Source of the DNA: an uncultured Verrucomicrobiae bacterium | GTDB lineage: Bacteria > Verrucomicrobiota > Verrucomicrobiia > Chthoniobacterales > UBA10450 | Reading direction: 5' to 3' | DNA: 64,000 nucleotides | Assembly: GCA_963737195.1 (NCBI GenBank) | Contig: CAVTRW010000005.1 | Coordinates: forward strand, 159,982 to 223,981 | Part shown: positions 48,673-60,383 of the stretch, in pieces | How the letters are laid out: each line of letters opens with the position of its first letter | Numbering within the stretch: position 1 is the stretch's first letter | Program-made: the position numbers and the translations under genes | The notes under the pieces: model-generated | Database searches by the model: none | What the model was told of the DNA's origin: nothing | Seen by the model: the letters and a program-made list of their open reading frames with translations, nothing else

Positions 48673-49793
48673 ATGAATACGATTTCCATTTCCCGGCGCA
48701 GATTTGCGCAGTTGTTAGGCGCAGGCGCGGCCTGTGCCGTCGTCCGGCCCGCTTTTTCCCTCGCGGCGGAGACCGTCGACTGAAACGTTTGCTGACGGCG
48801 TCGTGCGTCTCAGTTCAAACGAAAATCCCTATGGACCATCAGCGACTGCGCTCAAGGCCATGACCGATTCGTTTAATATTGCCTGCCGTTATCCGGATAA
48901 GCATGCCGACGAATTAATCGATGCGCTCGCGAAACTGAACGAAGTCAATCGCGATCAGATTCTGCTGGGCGACGGCTCAGGGGAGATTCTGAAGCTTTGC
49001 GCGGAGGCATTTACTGGCGCAAAACGCGGTGCGCTTGTCGCAGCCGATCCGACTTTTGAAGCGATATTGAATCATGCGCGGATCCGCGGCGCGAAAGTAG
49101 TCAAAATTCCCCTAACGAATAATTTCGCACACGATCTTCCGAAAATGGCGGCAGCGGCCCAGGCCGGCCTCATTTACGTTTGCAATCCGAACAATCCGAC
49201 TGCGAGCATCACGCCGAAGGATGCAGTGCGTCAGTTCATCGAAAAGACGCCGCGCAAAACGATGATTCTCGTGGATGAAGCGTACTTTCACTTCGCCGAT
49301 AGCTCCGACTACGAGAGCGTGATTCCCGCTCGTCAAAGACCATCCGAATCTGCTCGTGGCGCGGACGTTTTCGAAAATCTACGGCATGGCGGGACTGCGC
49401 TGCGGCTATTGCGTCGGCCAGCGCGAAGCCATCGCGCAAATGCGTCCCTACCAACCATGGGACAGCGTGAACATCATGGCGATCGTCGCTGCGGTGGCGA
49501 GTTTGAATGATCCACAGCAGGTCGAGAACGGACGCCGACTCAACAGCGAAGCCAAAATTTTCGTGACCGGCGAGTTGAACACGATGGGTTATCAATCGAT
49601 TCCGTCGCAGGCGAACTTCTTCATGGTTGATGCAAAACGCTCGGTCGTCCCGCTCATCCAGGCGATGAAAAATCAGAATGTGGAGGTCGGCCGATTATTT
49701 CCCGCGATGCCGAATCACATGCGCGTCACCATCGGCAAGAAAAGCGAAATGGAGAGTTTCCTAACCGCGTTTCGTCAAGTAACGGCGGCCTGA
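48673..49793 (+). pseudogene. HisC-family PLP aminotransferase with twin-arginine signal peptide, frame broken twice as sequenced
   Basis: The leader MNTISISRRRFAQLLGAGAACAVVRPAFSLAAETVD (ATG about 48673) joins |ETFADGVVRLSSNENPYGP... at about 48781. A second join ...YESVIP|[27 protein letters not shown] lies at about 49328. Confidence 0.75.
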
Positions 49794-49800
49794 TGAATTC

Positions 49801-49912
49801 TGGGGAGCGCGCCCGCCCTCGGGCGCCGCGCTCGGCGCCCTCGCCGAGCGCTCTCTCTTCTGCTTTTCGGCGAGGCGCCGAAAAGAGCGCCCGAGGGCGG
49901 GCGCGCTCCCCA
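49801..49912. repeat. palindromic element family C, copy 3
   Basis: The element is nearly identical in layout and interior to copy 1, with the same inner hairpin cttttcggcgaggcgccgaaaag. Confidence 0.85.
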
Positions 49913-49925
49913 GACAAAATGACAC

Positions 49926-50204
49926 TTACGCGTGAGCGTGCGCGAAGCGCTGTGCGGAACGCGCTCGGGCCTTTGCCGCTTCCAATTCCCGATCGCGCGG
50001 CGGTGCATTCGTCACCAGCGAATCGAGGAGCTCGCGCGCCACGTGCGTGACCTGATCGACTGCGCGATTGAAAGCGTTCTCGTTCGCTTTTGACGGTTTT
50101 GCGAATCCGCTCAGTTTGCGCACGAATTGAAGAGACGAAGCACGAATCTCGTCATCTGTCGCCGGCGGCTGGAAATTATGCAGGGTCTTTATGTTTCGGC
50201 ACAT
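49926..50204 (-). CDS. DUF2277-like small protein
   Basis: The N-terminus MCRNIKTLHNFQPPATDDEIRASSLQFVRKLSG is typical of that family, by my recollection. Confidence 0.55.
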   Translation of the reverse strand: MCRNIKTLHNFQPPATDDEIRASSLQFVRKLSGFAKPSKANENAFNRAVDQVTHVARELLDSLVTNAPPRDRELEAAKARARSAQRFAHAHA

Positions 50205-50260
50205 GCCGTTTTCTTAGCACCGGCCGCGAGAAAATCACGTGCGTCTTGATACTCCGCCTG

Positions 50261-50506
50261 TCAGTTAAGACGGTGCTTCCGACGCGCAGCGAGGGTGAAA
50301 GCCAAATAGAAAATCGCCCAGAAGAAAAAAAGTCCGGCGACAAAGCCGGCCACGATGGCTTTGAAATTGATCATGTCGCCGGGCGCGCGCGGGAGCAAAC
50401 GATCGAACAGATCCAATTCCCAGCGAATAATCGTTTGCAGCAAAAACCCGACATTGACCGGTGGCAGAACAGTTGCGAGTGCAATAAACGCAGCGAGCGC
50501 AGCCAC
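50261..50506 (-). CDS. small membrane protein (hypothetical)
   Basis: The 81-aa product has two hydrophobic helices. Coding status is uncertain. Confidence 0.3.
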   Translation of the reverse strand: MAALAAFIALATVLPPVNVGFLLQTIIRWELDLFDRLLPRAPGDMINFKAIVAGFVAGLFFFWAIFYLAFTLAARRKHRLN

Positions 50507-50561
50507 AGCCGCAAGCGAACGAACCAGCGAGTCGTCGCATGAAATCTCGCGCGCCGAGCCG

Positions 50562-52260
50562 CTATTTCTTTTGCATCATCTCGTCGCGCTTCGGCTTGAA
50601 TTCATTTTCAGGTTTCCATTCCGGAAACTTGTCGCCATTCGCGACTTCGTAGCCGACATCCAAGAGCAAATCCACGTCCTGCACGGCGCCGGATAAATCC
50701 CAATCGGGATGAATTTCGTCCGTGACTTGATGATAATCTTTCAGGTCGTACTCATCGGCGCGCAGCGGCCCATCTTCCGCGCGCGAAAGCAGGTGCTGGT
50801 TCTTGCCGATATAGAGCGAAGGCAACCCAACTTTTGAAAATTCAAAGTTATCGGCGCGATAAATGTTTCCTTTTTCGGGGCGTCCGTTCGGAACCGCAAC
50901 ACGGCCCTGTCGCGTGGCGGCATCGGCGAGCATGTCGTCGAGTGTCGAGAAACCAAAACTGATATCTTCGATATCGCGCGCTTTGCCCCAGACGTTGAGC
51001 GTGTCGATGTTAATATCGGCGAGCGTTTGCCGCAGCGGATAAAGCGGATGTTCCGCATAGAATTTTGCGCCTAACAAACCGGCTTCCTCCGCCGTCGTGG
51101 CCATGAAAAGAAGCGATCGTTTCGTTTTTGTTTTGGCGAATGCTTCCGCCAGCTCGAGCAAGGCGGCGACGCCGGAGGCGTTATCAACCGCACCATTGAA
51201 AATCTGATCGCCCTGCAACTCGGCGTGCTTCCCGAGATGATCCCAGTGCGCGCTAAAGAGGACGTATTCATTTTTCAAGTTCGGATCGGTGCCGTCGATT
51301 CGACCAATGACATTCCGCGATTTAAACGAGCGAACTTTTTGTTTGATGTGAAAACTGGCGCGCACTGGCAGCCGGTCCTCATGTTCGCGCGGCATCAATT
51401 GGATGGGACGGAAATCCTTCGAAGTCGCCGCTTTTTTCAGTTGGTCGTAATCGAGTCCGGATTCAGCGAGTAGTTTCTTTGCCACATCGAGCGTGATCCA
51501 GGAGCGAACCTGCACCGCATCAGCATTCTTGTTTGTGTTATCGAGCTCGAAATTTTCCTTCGACCAGCTCGTCCGGACGACTGAATACGGATACGCCGCC
51601 GGCTGCGGTTTCATGGATGATGACGGCTGCGGCCGCGCCTTTTTCCGCCGCGATTTCGTACTTATAGCTCCAGCGCCCGTAATAAGTCATGGCGCGACCT
51701 TTGAACATTTTCTCATCGAGCTTCGAAGGGTCGTTCGGATCGGGAATCTGCGGATCGTTGATCAACATCAGCAGCGTTTTGCCGCGAACATCGAGACCTT
51801 TGTAATCATCCCAGCCGTATTCGGGGGCAACGATGCCGTAGCCGACAAACACGACCGGCGAATTGTCGACCTTGATGTCTTCCTGCAAACGCGCGGAAGA
51901 CGCGACGAAATCGTCGGGAAATTTCAAATTTGTCGGCTGCTCTGCGCCAACGCTGAATGAGGCCTGCGGCTCGCTCAGAATGCCGGCGAGCGGAACTTCC
52001 TGCGTGTAGCTGCCGTTCGGGTTGCCGGGTTTCAGGCCTAACGACTTAAATTGTTCGCTGATGTATTTAACCGAAAGGTCCTCGCCTTTCGAGCCTGGCG
52101 CGCGCCCTTCAAATTCGTCGGACGAAAGAACTTTGATGTGACGGAGAAGACCATCGGCCGTGATGGCCTTGGCGGCGGCCGCTGGCGGTAGATTCGCGTT
52201 ATCTCCGGCAAAGCAAGTAAGCGCGAAAGCCGCGAGGAAAAAGGAAGCGAGACGTTTCAT
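50562..52260 (-). pseudogene. M28-family aminopeptidase with PA domain, frame broken once as sequenced
   Basis: The signal peptide is MKRLASFFLAAFALTCFA (start 52260). ORFs 51538..52389 and 50562..51614 overlap with a 1-nt frame offset, and the junction lies at about 51595-51612. Confidence 0.8.
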
Positions 52261-52272
52261 AGCGTGAGTTGA

Positions 52273-52316
52273 GCAGTAAGAGATTCCTCGACTTCGCTCG
52301 GAATGACAAAAAGTTT
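52273..52316. repeat. palindromic element family B, half copy (right arm only)
   Basis: aagagattcctcgacttcgctcggaatgac is identical to the right arm of copy 2 and abuts family A copy 6. Confidence 0.6.
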
Positions 52317-52333
52317 TGCGCGAAAGCAACGCT

Positions 52334-52404
52334 GTCATCCTGAGCGTAGCGAAGGACCTCACGATTGCAGAAAATGTGAGGTCCCTCACTGCGTTCGGGA
52401 TGAC
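52334..52404. repeat. palindromic element family A, copy 6
   Basis: gtcatcctgagcgtagcgaaggacctcacg ... tgtgaggtccctcactgcgttcgggatgac. Confidence 0.85.
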
Positions 52405-52412
52405 AGTGTGAT

Positions 52413-54553
52413 TTAGTGCGCTTCTTCCGATGGTCCGGCGGGCGCTTTCTTCTTATCCTGCGCGCCGATGCCAATCTTTTTCAGGAACGGCTGGATCGAT
52501 TGTTTGCGGCCGAGAAATTTCTCGATCGAAACGGTGACGTCGCGCGAATCGCCGACTTCGTAAATTTCGTGACGCAATTTCAATCCCGCTTGTTTGTCGA
52601 GATAACCGTTTTTCGCTTTTTCAAAAACGGTCGCCATGTCTGCGGCAATGGCATCGGCCCAGGCGTAACCGTAGTAACCGGCATCGTAACCGTTCATGTG
52701 ACCGAAGTAAGTCACCATCGACGTGCTCGGATCGATCGGGAGAAAAACCTTCTCCAAAATTGGATTGGTGATCGCGACACAATCATAGGGCGCATTCTCC
52801 GGATGCTGGTCGTGCATCGCCAGATCAATCGAAGCGAGCGCGAACTGACGTCGATACCATGTCGCGGCAGTCGCGAGCTTCGCGTCATTCATCTTCTGAA
52901 TAATTTCCGCCGGAATTTTCTTCGACGGATCACGATAATCGGCCGCGAAAGTATCGAGGACGGTTTTGTTCCAAACCCAGTTCTGCAACATTTGCGAAGG
53001 CGCTTCCACGAAATCGCCCGGCACATTCGAGCCGGCAAATCGGCTGGTACTTTGCTCGCGTGACAATGGTGTGCAGCGCGTGTCCGAACTCATGGAACAG
53101 GGTTTCGACATCCGTATGCGTCATCAGCGAGGGCTTATCGGCGCTCGGTGGCGGGAAGTTGCAAAGGAGCGCGCACAGTTGGCCGCTGATATTTCCCGTC
53201 AGGGAGAAGTTTGCCATCAATGATGTTGAACTGCGCGAAGTGATTGAACTTTCCGTCGCGCGGAAACATATCGAGATAGAACATGCCGAGCGGCTCGCCG
53301 GTGGCCGAATCCGTTACCACGTAGAGCTGCAGATCATCGACCCATTTGTAGGGCGCGCTGATTTTCTCGAACTTTAATCCGAAGATGTTCTGGTAGATGG
53401 CGAACATGCCATCGAGCACTTTCTGAAACGGGAAGTAGGCGCGGAGCGCTTCCTTATCGACGTTGTATTTTTGTTTGTTGATCTGATTTTGGTAATAGCG
53501 CCAGTCCCACGTCGCGATCTTTGCCTTCGGATCGTTTGTGTCGGCGGCTTTCATCTTCTGCATCTGCGAAATTTCCGCCTCGAACTTTGGCTGGGTGCCG
53601 CGAATTAGATTGTCGATGTATGATTTCGCGCCGGCGCCGGTCTTGGCGAGTTTGATTTCGGTCTGGTAATCGTCCCACGATTTGTAACCAAGCTTCAGCG
53701 CGATCTTATTTCGCAACGCAAGCATCTGGTTCAGCACCGGCGCGTTCGCGTCTTTCGCGAGCGAATCATGAACGAGGTAGAGCTTCTTGCGTGTTGCTTC
53801 ACTCTTTGCGTTTTCTTCCACCGTCGTGAAATGCCATGTGATGTTGGCCATCACCGTGTAAGCATCGTCGCCCGTCTTCACACCGGGCTCGGCAAGGAAA
53901 CTTTCCGGCACGCCGTCGAGTTCGGCTTTGGTGAAAACGACGGGCGCTTTGGTGTTGACGATGTTGACGGCGAAATCGGTGCCAAGCTTCGAGAGTTGCT
54001 TGCGCAGGTCTTCAACTTCTTTGCGTTTGTCGTTAGGCAAATCGAGGCCGGCGCGGCGAAAATCGCGCATCGTTTCCTTGAAAAGCTTTTCGTCTTCGCC
54101 GCTCAACTTCGGACGCGTATCCGCGAACGCCTTCATCGCTTTGTAAACGTCTTCGCGGTAATCAATCGCCACCTGGAAATCCTGGAACTGTTTCACCGCA
54201 TTTTCCGCGGCCGTGCGCATGGCGGGAGAAGTATTCGATTGCTGAATGACGACCGCCTTGTTCGCGGAAAGCGTCGCCTCATAAACCAGATCGTCGCGCG
54301 CAACAATCGTGCTCTTAAAGGTCACCTTGCTCAGGTCTTGTTTGCCGATCGCATCAAGCGCCGCATTCGCCTTCGCGATCGCGTCTTTCGTCATCGTGTC
54401 GACCGCTTCCGGCGTTTGCGGCCAATCGGGAATGGTGAGGACGGAATTTTTCTTTGCGGCAGCGGCCTGGAAGTCGTCGATCGATTTTGTTTCCTGAGCG
54501 AAAAGCGGCGCGCCCACACAGAGCAACAAGAGAGACGTGAAGAGACGTTTCAT
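52413..54553 (-). pseudogene. M3-family oligopeptidase (Dcp/thimet-like), frame broken twice as sequenced
   Basis: The signal peptide is MKRLFTSLLLLCVGAPLFA. Three colinear frames join as ...KYQRPTV|ALLCNFPPPSADKPSLMTHTDVETLFHEFGHALHTIVTRAKYQ|RFAGSNVPGDFVEAPSQ. The junctions lie at about 53174 and about 53044. Confidence 0.85.
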
Positions 54554-54647
54554 AAGCGACAGAGTTGAGGGACGAAGATTGTGTAAGCCGATAGCGCGGT
54601 AAAGTAGAATCGCGCCTTTACGAAAGTGCGCGCGCCGTGCAAAAAGC

Positions 54648-55235
54648 ATGACGGTGCAGGCTTATCTCGAGAAATTTTTGCTCGCGTTTATTCCGCTCTT
54701 CGTCGCGATCGATCCAATCGGTCTGGTCGCGATCTTTGCCGGGCTCGGCACGAGTGCGTCGCCCGAAAATCGCAAACATCAGGCGATGCTCGGGATTTTG
54801 ACCGGTCTGTGCGTTGCCATCGGTTTCATGTTTCTTGGTAAAATTATTTTCGGCGCGCTTGGAATCACGGTAAAAGATTTCCAGGTCGCCGGTGGTTTGA
54901 TTCTGCTTTTGCACGCGGTCCGTGAACTGGTCGGATTCGGCCCGAGCGATCGTGGCGGCGCCGATGAATTTGGCGTCGTGCCGCTCGGCATGCCGTTGAT
55001 TGCAGGGCCCGCGCTACTAACCGCCCTGCTCATCCTGATTGATTCGGTCGGAATTATTTTCACTCTCATCGCGCTGCTCCTTAATCTCGGATTAGTCGCC
55101 ATCGCGCTTTGCAACGCGGAACGATTTACACGTCTGATGGGCAAACAAGGATTGCGTGGCGTGTCGAAGTTAATCGCGCTGCTGCTCGCGGCGATCGCGA
55201 TCAGTCTGATTCGACGCGGCTGGCAGGCGGCGTGA
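54648..55235 (+). CDS. MarC family (UPF0056) membrane protein
   Basis: The 195-aa six-TM protein has FLLAFIPLFVAIDPIG at the N-terminus. Confidence 0.75.
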   Translation: MTVQAYLEKFLLAFIPLFVAIDPIGLVAIFAGLGTSASPENRKHQAMLGILTGLCVAIGFMFLGKIIFGALGITVKDFQVAGGLILLLHAVRELVGFGPSDRGGADEFGVVPLGMPLIAGPALLTALLILIDSVGIIFTLIALLLNLGLVAIALCNAERFTRLMGKQGLRGVSKLIALLLAAIAISLIRRGWQAA

Positions 55236-55298
55236 CCGTCGTGCGGAAATGACACTGCCGCGCCCGGAACATCAGCGGGTCGCCTAACCACTGCGCTA

Positions 55299-56573
55299 TT
55301 GGTCGCCACGATTCTGGTGATCTACGCGTTGCAAACACACATGGCGCCGCGGGAAATGCTGCTCCCGCCGATGCGCGGCGATCAGGCGGCGTATTTGGAA
55401 TACGCGAAACAAATGCGGCTCAGCGGTTATGCATTCGAGGGTGATCGCAACAGAATGCCGCTCTATCCGTTCCTTCTGTCGCTCATTTATCGAGATGGAA
55501 TGGACGACGCGCAGTTCCTCGAAAAAGCTCGGACGTTCAACATCAACCTCACGATTGTTCTGCTGCTTGGTTTGTTTTGGATTTTCCGAAAATTTTTCCC
55601 GCCGTTTTACAGCGTGGCGTTGCTCGCGATAGCGGCGTTCGGCCTCTACATCTATCGCGCCCGAGTCGTGCACGTCGAACCACTCTTTTATTTCGTCGGT
55701 TTCGCGATGTTTGTTCTGCTCGCGCGAATTCTTGTCGCTCCCGGTTTCGTTTTGGCGATTGCAGCCGGCGTTGTCTCGGGTCTTGCCTACCTGACAAAGG
55801 CTTCGGCGCTCGCGGCGCTTCCGATCTTGATTGTCATCTTTCTCGCGCAAAGTTTTTTCATCGCGCGCGCGAATGCGCAATTTTCCATGCGCGACTTCGC
55901 ACGTCGGCTCGCCATCGGCGGCGTTCTGGTCGCCAGTTTCTTACTTTCGGTTTTTCCCTACATCTGGACGAACAAGCAGCGATACGGCGAATTTTTCTAC
56001 AACGTCAATTCCGCGCATTACATGTGGTGTGATTCGTGGCCGGAGGCGCTGAGTTATTCCGAAGAATTGCGAAATCCGGAGACACGAAAGGCCGCGCTCG
56101 CAAAGCTCCCATCAGCGCAAAAATACTGGCGCACGCATTCGCTCGAACAAGCGACCGGTCGTTTGCTGCGCGGGCTGAGCAGTTTGACGAAGCGCAGCGT
56201 TAAGGTTGTCGGTTACTACAAGTTCGTTGTCCTTCTTGGGCTGACCGCGCTCGTTTTAGCCGTTCAAAATCGAAAACGATTTTCCGAACTGCTGACACGC
56301 CGCCGCGCGGTCGCGGTTTTCTGTTTGATGTATTTCGGTGGCTACCTGCTTCTGTATGCCTGGTATGGAGCCGTCGTCACCGACAGCAGGTTCGTGCTCA
56401 CGCTCTTCCTGCCATTTGTGTTCAGCGCATCGATTCTAATCCACACGCTCGCGCGAGATCGAACCGTTTCAGTCGCCGGCCGACTGATCCCTGTCACGAC
56501 AGCGATCGCAGCGATCCTGATCGCGTTTGCGCTGGTTGATTCGCTCTATAACGCCGGGCGCGCGCTCTTTTAG
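55299..56573 (+). CDS. polytopic membrane protein, ArnT/PMT-like GT-C glycosyltransferase (tentative)
   Basis: The protein has more than 9 TM helices and an N-terminal loop GDQAAYLEYAK...RNRMPLYPFLLS. The start codon is TTG. Confidence 0.45.
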   Translation: MVATILVIYALQTHMAPREMLLPPMRGDQAAYLEYAKQMRLSGYAFEGDRNRMPLYPFLLSLIYRDGMDDAQFLEKARTFNINLTIVLLLGLFWIFRKFFPPFYSVALLAIAAFGLYIYRARVVHVEPLFYFVGFAMFVLLARILVAPGFVLAIAAGVVSGLAYLTKASALAALPILIVIFLAQSFFIARANAQFSMRDFARRLAIGGVLVASFLLSVFPYIWTNKQRYGEFFYNVNSAHYMWCDSWPEALSYSEELRNPETRKAALAKLPSAQKYWRTHSLEQATGRLLRGLSSLTKRSVKVVGYYKFVVLLGLTALVLAVQNRKRFSELLTRRRAVAVFCLMYFGGYLLLYAWYGAVVTDSRFVLTLFLPFVFSASILIHTLARDRTVSVAGRLIPVTTAIAAILIAFALVDSLYNAGRALF

Positions 56574-56944
56574 AACTGTCCTGTTCGCAGCATCACCAGC
56601 GTGCAGCCTTCAACCACTTCGATTCCGTGCGCGCGTGCTTGTTCGGCCAGTTTTTCGTTTTCGGCGCCCGGATTCATAATGATGCGGCGCGGTTTCGCGG
56701 CAAGTATCTCGGCGATTAATGGATTCGACCGGGCTGCCCGCAGATAAAGCGTAACGGTGTCGACCGCCACAGGGACATCGGAGATTTTCCGATAACATCG
56801 TTCGCCAGATACCTCATCGAAGGCAGGATTGATCGGGATCGGTTTGTGCCCATATTCTTTTAACAATTGCATCGCCTTATAGGCATAACGCTCCGGCTTA
56901 GGCGACGCGCCGACAACGGCGACCGTTTCTGATGACTTATTCAC
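56570..56944 (-). CDS. CoA-binding domain protein
   Basis: The 124-aa protein has VAVVGASPKPERYAYKA and PINP motifs. Confidence 0.8.
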   Translation of the reverse strand: MNKSSETVAVVGASPKPERYAYKAMQLLKEYGHKPIPINPAFDEVSGERCYRKISDVPVAVDTVTLYLRAARSNPLIAEILAAKPRRIIMNPGAENEKLAEQARAHGIEVVEGCTLVMLRTGQF

Positions 56945-57029
56945 TCGTGTTTTCTACAATATCGCATTCGGAAGGCCTGCGGCCCGATCCATTGACAGCC
57001 CTCGTACCCGCAATACTATCCTGCCACTT

Positions 57030-58334
57030 ATGAGGTTTCCTCTCGCGTTAACGACTAAAATCGCTGCGTACATCATCGGCCACAAGCTTCGCCGGACCGA
57101 GAAGTTCGCCACGGTCTTGCAATTGGAGCCATTACACACCTGCAACCTGACCTGCACCGGGTGCGGTCGTATCCGCGAATACTCGACCTCGCTCAAGGAC
57201 ATGATGAGCCTGGAGGATTGCCTCGATGCGGCGAAGGAATGCAAGGCGCCCATGGTCTCCATCTGCGGTGGGGAACCTCTCATTCACCCGCAGATCGAAG
57301 CGATGGTGAAAGGAATTCTGGAACAGAAACGCATCGTTTACATCTGCACGAACGCGATGTTCATGCGCAAGAAAATGCGGGAATGGCTCGCGAGCGAGAA
57401 CACGAAGCGATCTGCTTTCGTCGAAGGGAAGATTAAAGAACTGATCGCGGCCGGCTTGTTGACCGAAAAAGATGCGACGGAGATTCGTAAGGGTCCGAAG
57501 GATCCAGCGAAGCCGACGATCGGCCCGAGCCGATGGATGTATTGGAACGTGCACCTCGATGGTCTCGAGCGGACGCACGATCTCATCGTTGAGCGTGAAG
57601 GCGTCTTCAAGGAATGCGTGCTCGCGATCAAGATGGCAAAATGTCTCGGATATCAGGTCGCAACCAACACGACAGTTTATAAGGAGACCGATGTCGATGA
57701 AGTCGAGCAGATGTTCGATTTTCTCGCCGATCTCGGAGTCGACGGTCATACCATCACGCCGGGATATGATTACGACGCAGCGAAGCGAGACATGATTACG
57801 CGCTTAAATCTGCAGCCCGAAAATTTCTTCCTTACGCGCAAGGCGACTGTTGAAAAGTTTAGCCGGATTGAAAAATGGATGAAGGATTACACCCTCTTCG
57901 GAACTCCGGTTTATTTCGAATTTCTTGCCGGCAAGCGCGATCTGACGTGTTCAGCGTGGGCGATTCCGACGCGCAACATGCTCGGCTGGAAAGCGCCGTG
58001 CTATTTCATGACGGACAAGGTGGGAACCGAAGGGCATTACAAAACTTACGCGGAGATGCTCGAGAAAGTGCAGTGGGAGAAATATGGCGTGGTTGATGGC
58101 GTGGCCCGCGATCCGCGCTGCGAAAACTGCATGACGCACTGCGGCTACGAGCCGACCGCGAGCCTTGGTTTGCAGGCCAAACGCGGCGACACATGGAAGA
58201 CAGTGAAGTTTAATTTCGGTCGCAAGCCGCATCGCCGCGGACATGGCAGCGAAATCGCAGCCTACAACGGCGTGAGCTCGGGTAACGGACACATCACTGG
58301 TAAAAAAGCCGAGCTGGCCGCTCAAGCATCTTAA
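57030..58334 (+). CDS. hpnH: hopanoid biosynthesis radical SAM protein HpnH (adenosyl-hopene transferase)
   Basis: The radical SAM motif CNLTCTGC is near the N-terminus. The gene lies immediately upstream of shc. Confidence 0.85.
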   Translation: MRFPLALTTKIAAYIIGHKLRRTEKFATVLQLEPLHTCNLTCTGCGRIREYSTSLKDMMSLEDCLDAAKECKAPMVSICGGEPLIHPQIEAMVKGILEQKRIVYICTNAMFMRKKMREWLASENTKRSAFVEGKIKELIAAGLLTEKDATEIRKGPKDPAKPTIGPSRWMYWNVHLDGLERTHDLIVEREGVFKECVLAIKMAKCLGYQVATNTTVYKETDVDEVEQMFDFLADLGVDGHTITPGYDYDAAKRDMITRLNLQPENFFLTRKATVEKFSRIEKWMKDYTLFGTPVYFEFLAGKRDLTCSAWAIPTRNMLGWKAPCYFMTDKVGTEGHYKTYAEMLEKVQWEKYGVVDGVARDPRCENCMTHCGYEPTASLGLQAKRGDTWKTVKFNFGRKPHRRGHGSEIAAYNGVSSGNGHITGKKAELAAQAS

Positions 58335-58340
58335 TTTTCC

Positions 58341-60338
58341 ATGGCCAAATCCGCCGCGAACGTCATCGCGCTGCCAAGCGCTATTCCGAACCGCGAGGCC
58401 TCCTATGCCGCGAGTGATGCGGAAATCGCCGCGGCGATAGAAAAGGCGCAGCAAAACTTGTTGCGACAACAAAAGCCCGATGGGCATTGGGTGGGCGAGT
58501 TGCTGGTCGATAGCACGTTGTGCTCCGACTACGTGCTCTTCATGCACTGGTTAGGGGAGGTCGATCACACGTTGCAGGAGCGATGCGTGCGCCACATTCT
58601 GAAGCGTCAACTTCGCGATGGCGGCTGGAACATTTATTACGCTGGACCGAGCGAGATCAACGCGTCGGTAAAAGCTTACTTCGCTTTGAAACTGGCGGGA
58701 CACTCGCCTGATGTGCCGTTCATGCGTGAAGCGCGCGCCAACATTTTGCGCCTCGGTGGTATCCCCCGCATGAACACATTTAGCAAACTTTACCTCGCAT
58801 TGCTCGGTCAATTCCCGTGGCAATATCTGCCGACGATTCCGGTGGAAATGATTCTGCTGCCGCAATGGTCGCCGTTCCACATTTACAAAATGTCGTCCTG
58901 GAGCCGGGCGATGCTCATCCCGCTCGCGATCATCAATCATTTCAAACCGACGCGCGAGCTGCCGGGCATGAAACAACTGCACGAGCTTTATCCGCTCGGC
59001 ACTGAGCACAAGGATTTCCGTTTGCCGCGCAGCCAGCGTTTCTGGACCTGGCGCAATTTGTTTTTGCGCGTCGATGATTTCCTAAAATGGATTCATCCGC
59101 TTGGGTTCCGTCCCATGCGCAAACGCGCGCTGGAGGAAGCGGAGCGCTGGATGCTGGAGCGCATCGGCGAAGGCAGTGACGGTCTCGCGACTGTTTTTCC
59201 GGCGATGCTGAATTGTTTGATCGCGCTGCGCGCGTTGGGCTATTCCGCGAGCGATCCGCTTTATCAGAAAGCGGCGAAAGATTTCGAAGGCCTCTTTGTC
59301 GACGACCCGGAAGATTTTCGAATTCAGCCATGTCTCTCGCCGGTATGGGACACAGCGATTAATATCATCTCGCTCGCGGAGTCGGGATTGCCGGCCGATC
59401 ATCCGGCTTTGCAGAAAGCCGCCGAATGGCTGGTAAAGAAAGAAGTTCGCATTCGCGGCGATTGGACGATGAACAATCCGCATCCCGAAGCGAGCGGATG
59501 GGCCTTCGAATACAATAATATTTATTATCCCGACACGGACGACACCGGGATGGTGCTGATGGCGTTGCGTTTGGTGCGGCCTAACGATCGTGCCGCGCTC
59601 ACGCAATTATTCGACCGCGCGCTTAAATGGCAATTGAGTTTCCAATGCCACGATGGCGGCTGGGCCGCGTTCGACAAGGATGTGACGATGCCGTGGCTGG
59701 AAGACATGCCGTTCGCCGATCACAATGCGATTCTCGATCCGACCTGCAGCGATCTGACCGCGCGCACGCTCGAGCTCTTCGGTTACATCGGATTTAATCG
59801 ACGCGCCAAATGTGTGCGTCGCGCCATTCAATACCTGGTCAGGACGCAGGACGATGATGGTTCGTGGTACGGACGCTGGGGCGTGAATTACATTTACGGC
59901 ACGTGGCAGGTCTTGCGCGGTTTGCGCGCCATCGGTGAAAACATGACGCAGGACTGGATCCTGCGTGGACGCGATTGGCTCGAGAGCTGTCAGAACGAAG
60001 ATGGCGGCTGGGGCGAAACATGCGTGACGTATGAAAATCCTGCGCGCAAAGGGCAGGGGGAAAGTACCGCATCGCAAACAGCATGGGCCGTGATGGGGTT
60101 GTGTGCGTGCGGCGATCTCGACCGGCCAAGTGTGCAGCGCGGTGTGCGCTATTTGCTCGCGACACAACAGCGCGATGGCTCATGGCAAGAGCCGCATATT
60201 ACCGGCACCGGTTTCCCGGGCGTGTTTTATCTGAAGTACGACTTTTACCGGCAAAATTTCCCGCTGTTGGCGCTGGCCACCTACGTCAATTATCGCAGCG
60301 GTCTCGATCACCACCCGAGTCATTATCGCTGCGGATAA
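58341..60338 (+). CDS. shc: squalene-hopene cyclase
   Basis: The 665-aa protein has repeated QW motifs (DGGW/DGSW) and the DxDDTG catalytic motif ([14 protein letters not shown]). Confidence 0.95.
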   Translation: MAKSAANVIALPSAIPNREASYAASDAEIAAAIEKAQQNLLRQQKPDGHWVGELLVDSTLCSDYVLFMHWLGEVDHTLQERCVRHILKRQLRDGGWNIYYAGPSEINASVKAYFALKLAGHSPDVPFMREARANILRLGGIPRMNTFSKLYLALLGQFPWQYLPTIPVEMILLPQWSPFHIYKMSSWSRAMLIPLAIINHFKPTRELPGMKQLHELYPLGTEHKDFRLPRSQRFWTWRNLFLRVDDFLKWIHPLGFRPMRKRALEEAERWMLERIGEGSDGLATVFPAMLNCLIALRALGYSASDPLYQKAAKDFEGLFVDDPEDFRIQPCLSPVWDTAINIISLAESGLPADHPALQKAAEWLVKKEVRIRGDWTMNNPHPEASGWAFEYNNIYYPDTDDTGMVLMALRLVRPNDRAALTQLFDRALKWQLSFQCHDGGWAAFDKDVTMPWLEDMPFADHNAILDPTCSDLTARTLELFGYIGFNRRAKCVRRAIQYLVRTQDDDGSWYGRWGVNYIYGTWQVLRGLRAIGENMTQDWILRGRDWLESCQNEDGGWGETCVTYENPARKGQGESTASQTAWAVMGLCACGDLDRPSVQRGVRYLLATQQRDGSWQEPHITGTGFPGVFYLKYDFYRQNFPLLALATYVNYRSGLDHHPSHYRCG

Positions 60339-60383
60339 TGGAGGGCGCCGGCGCTGTCGGCGCGCGCTCATTTTCCAGATGCC

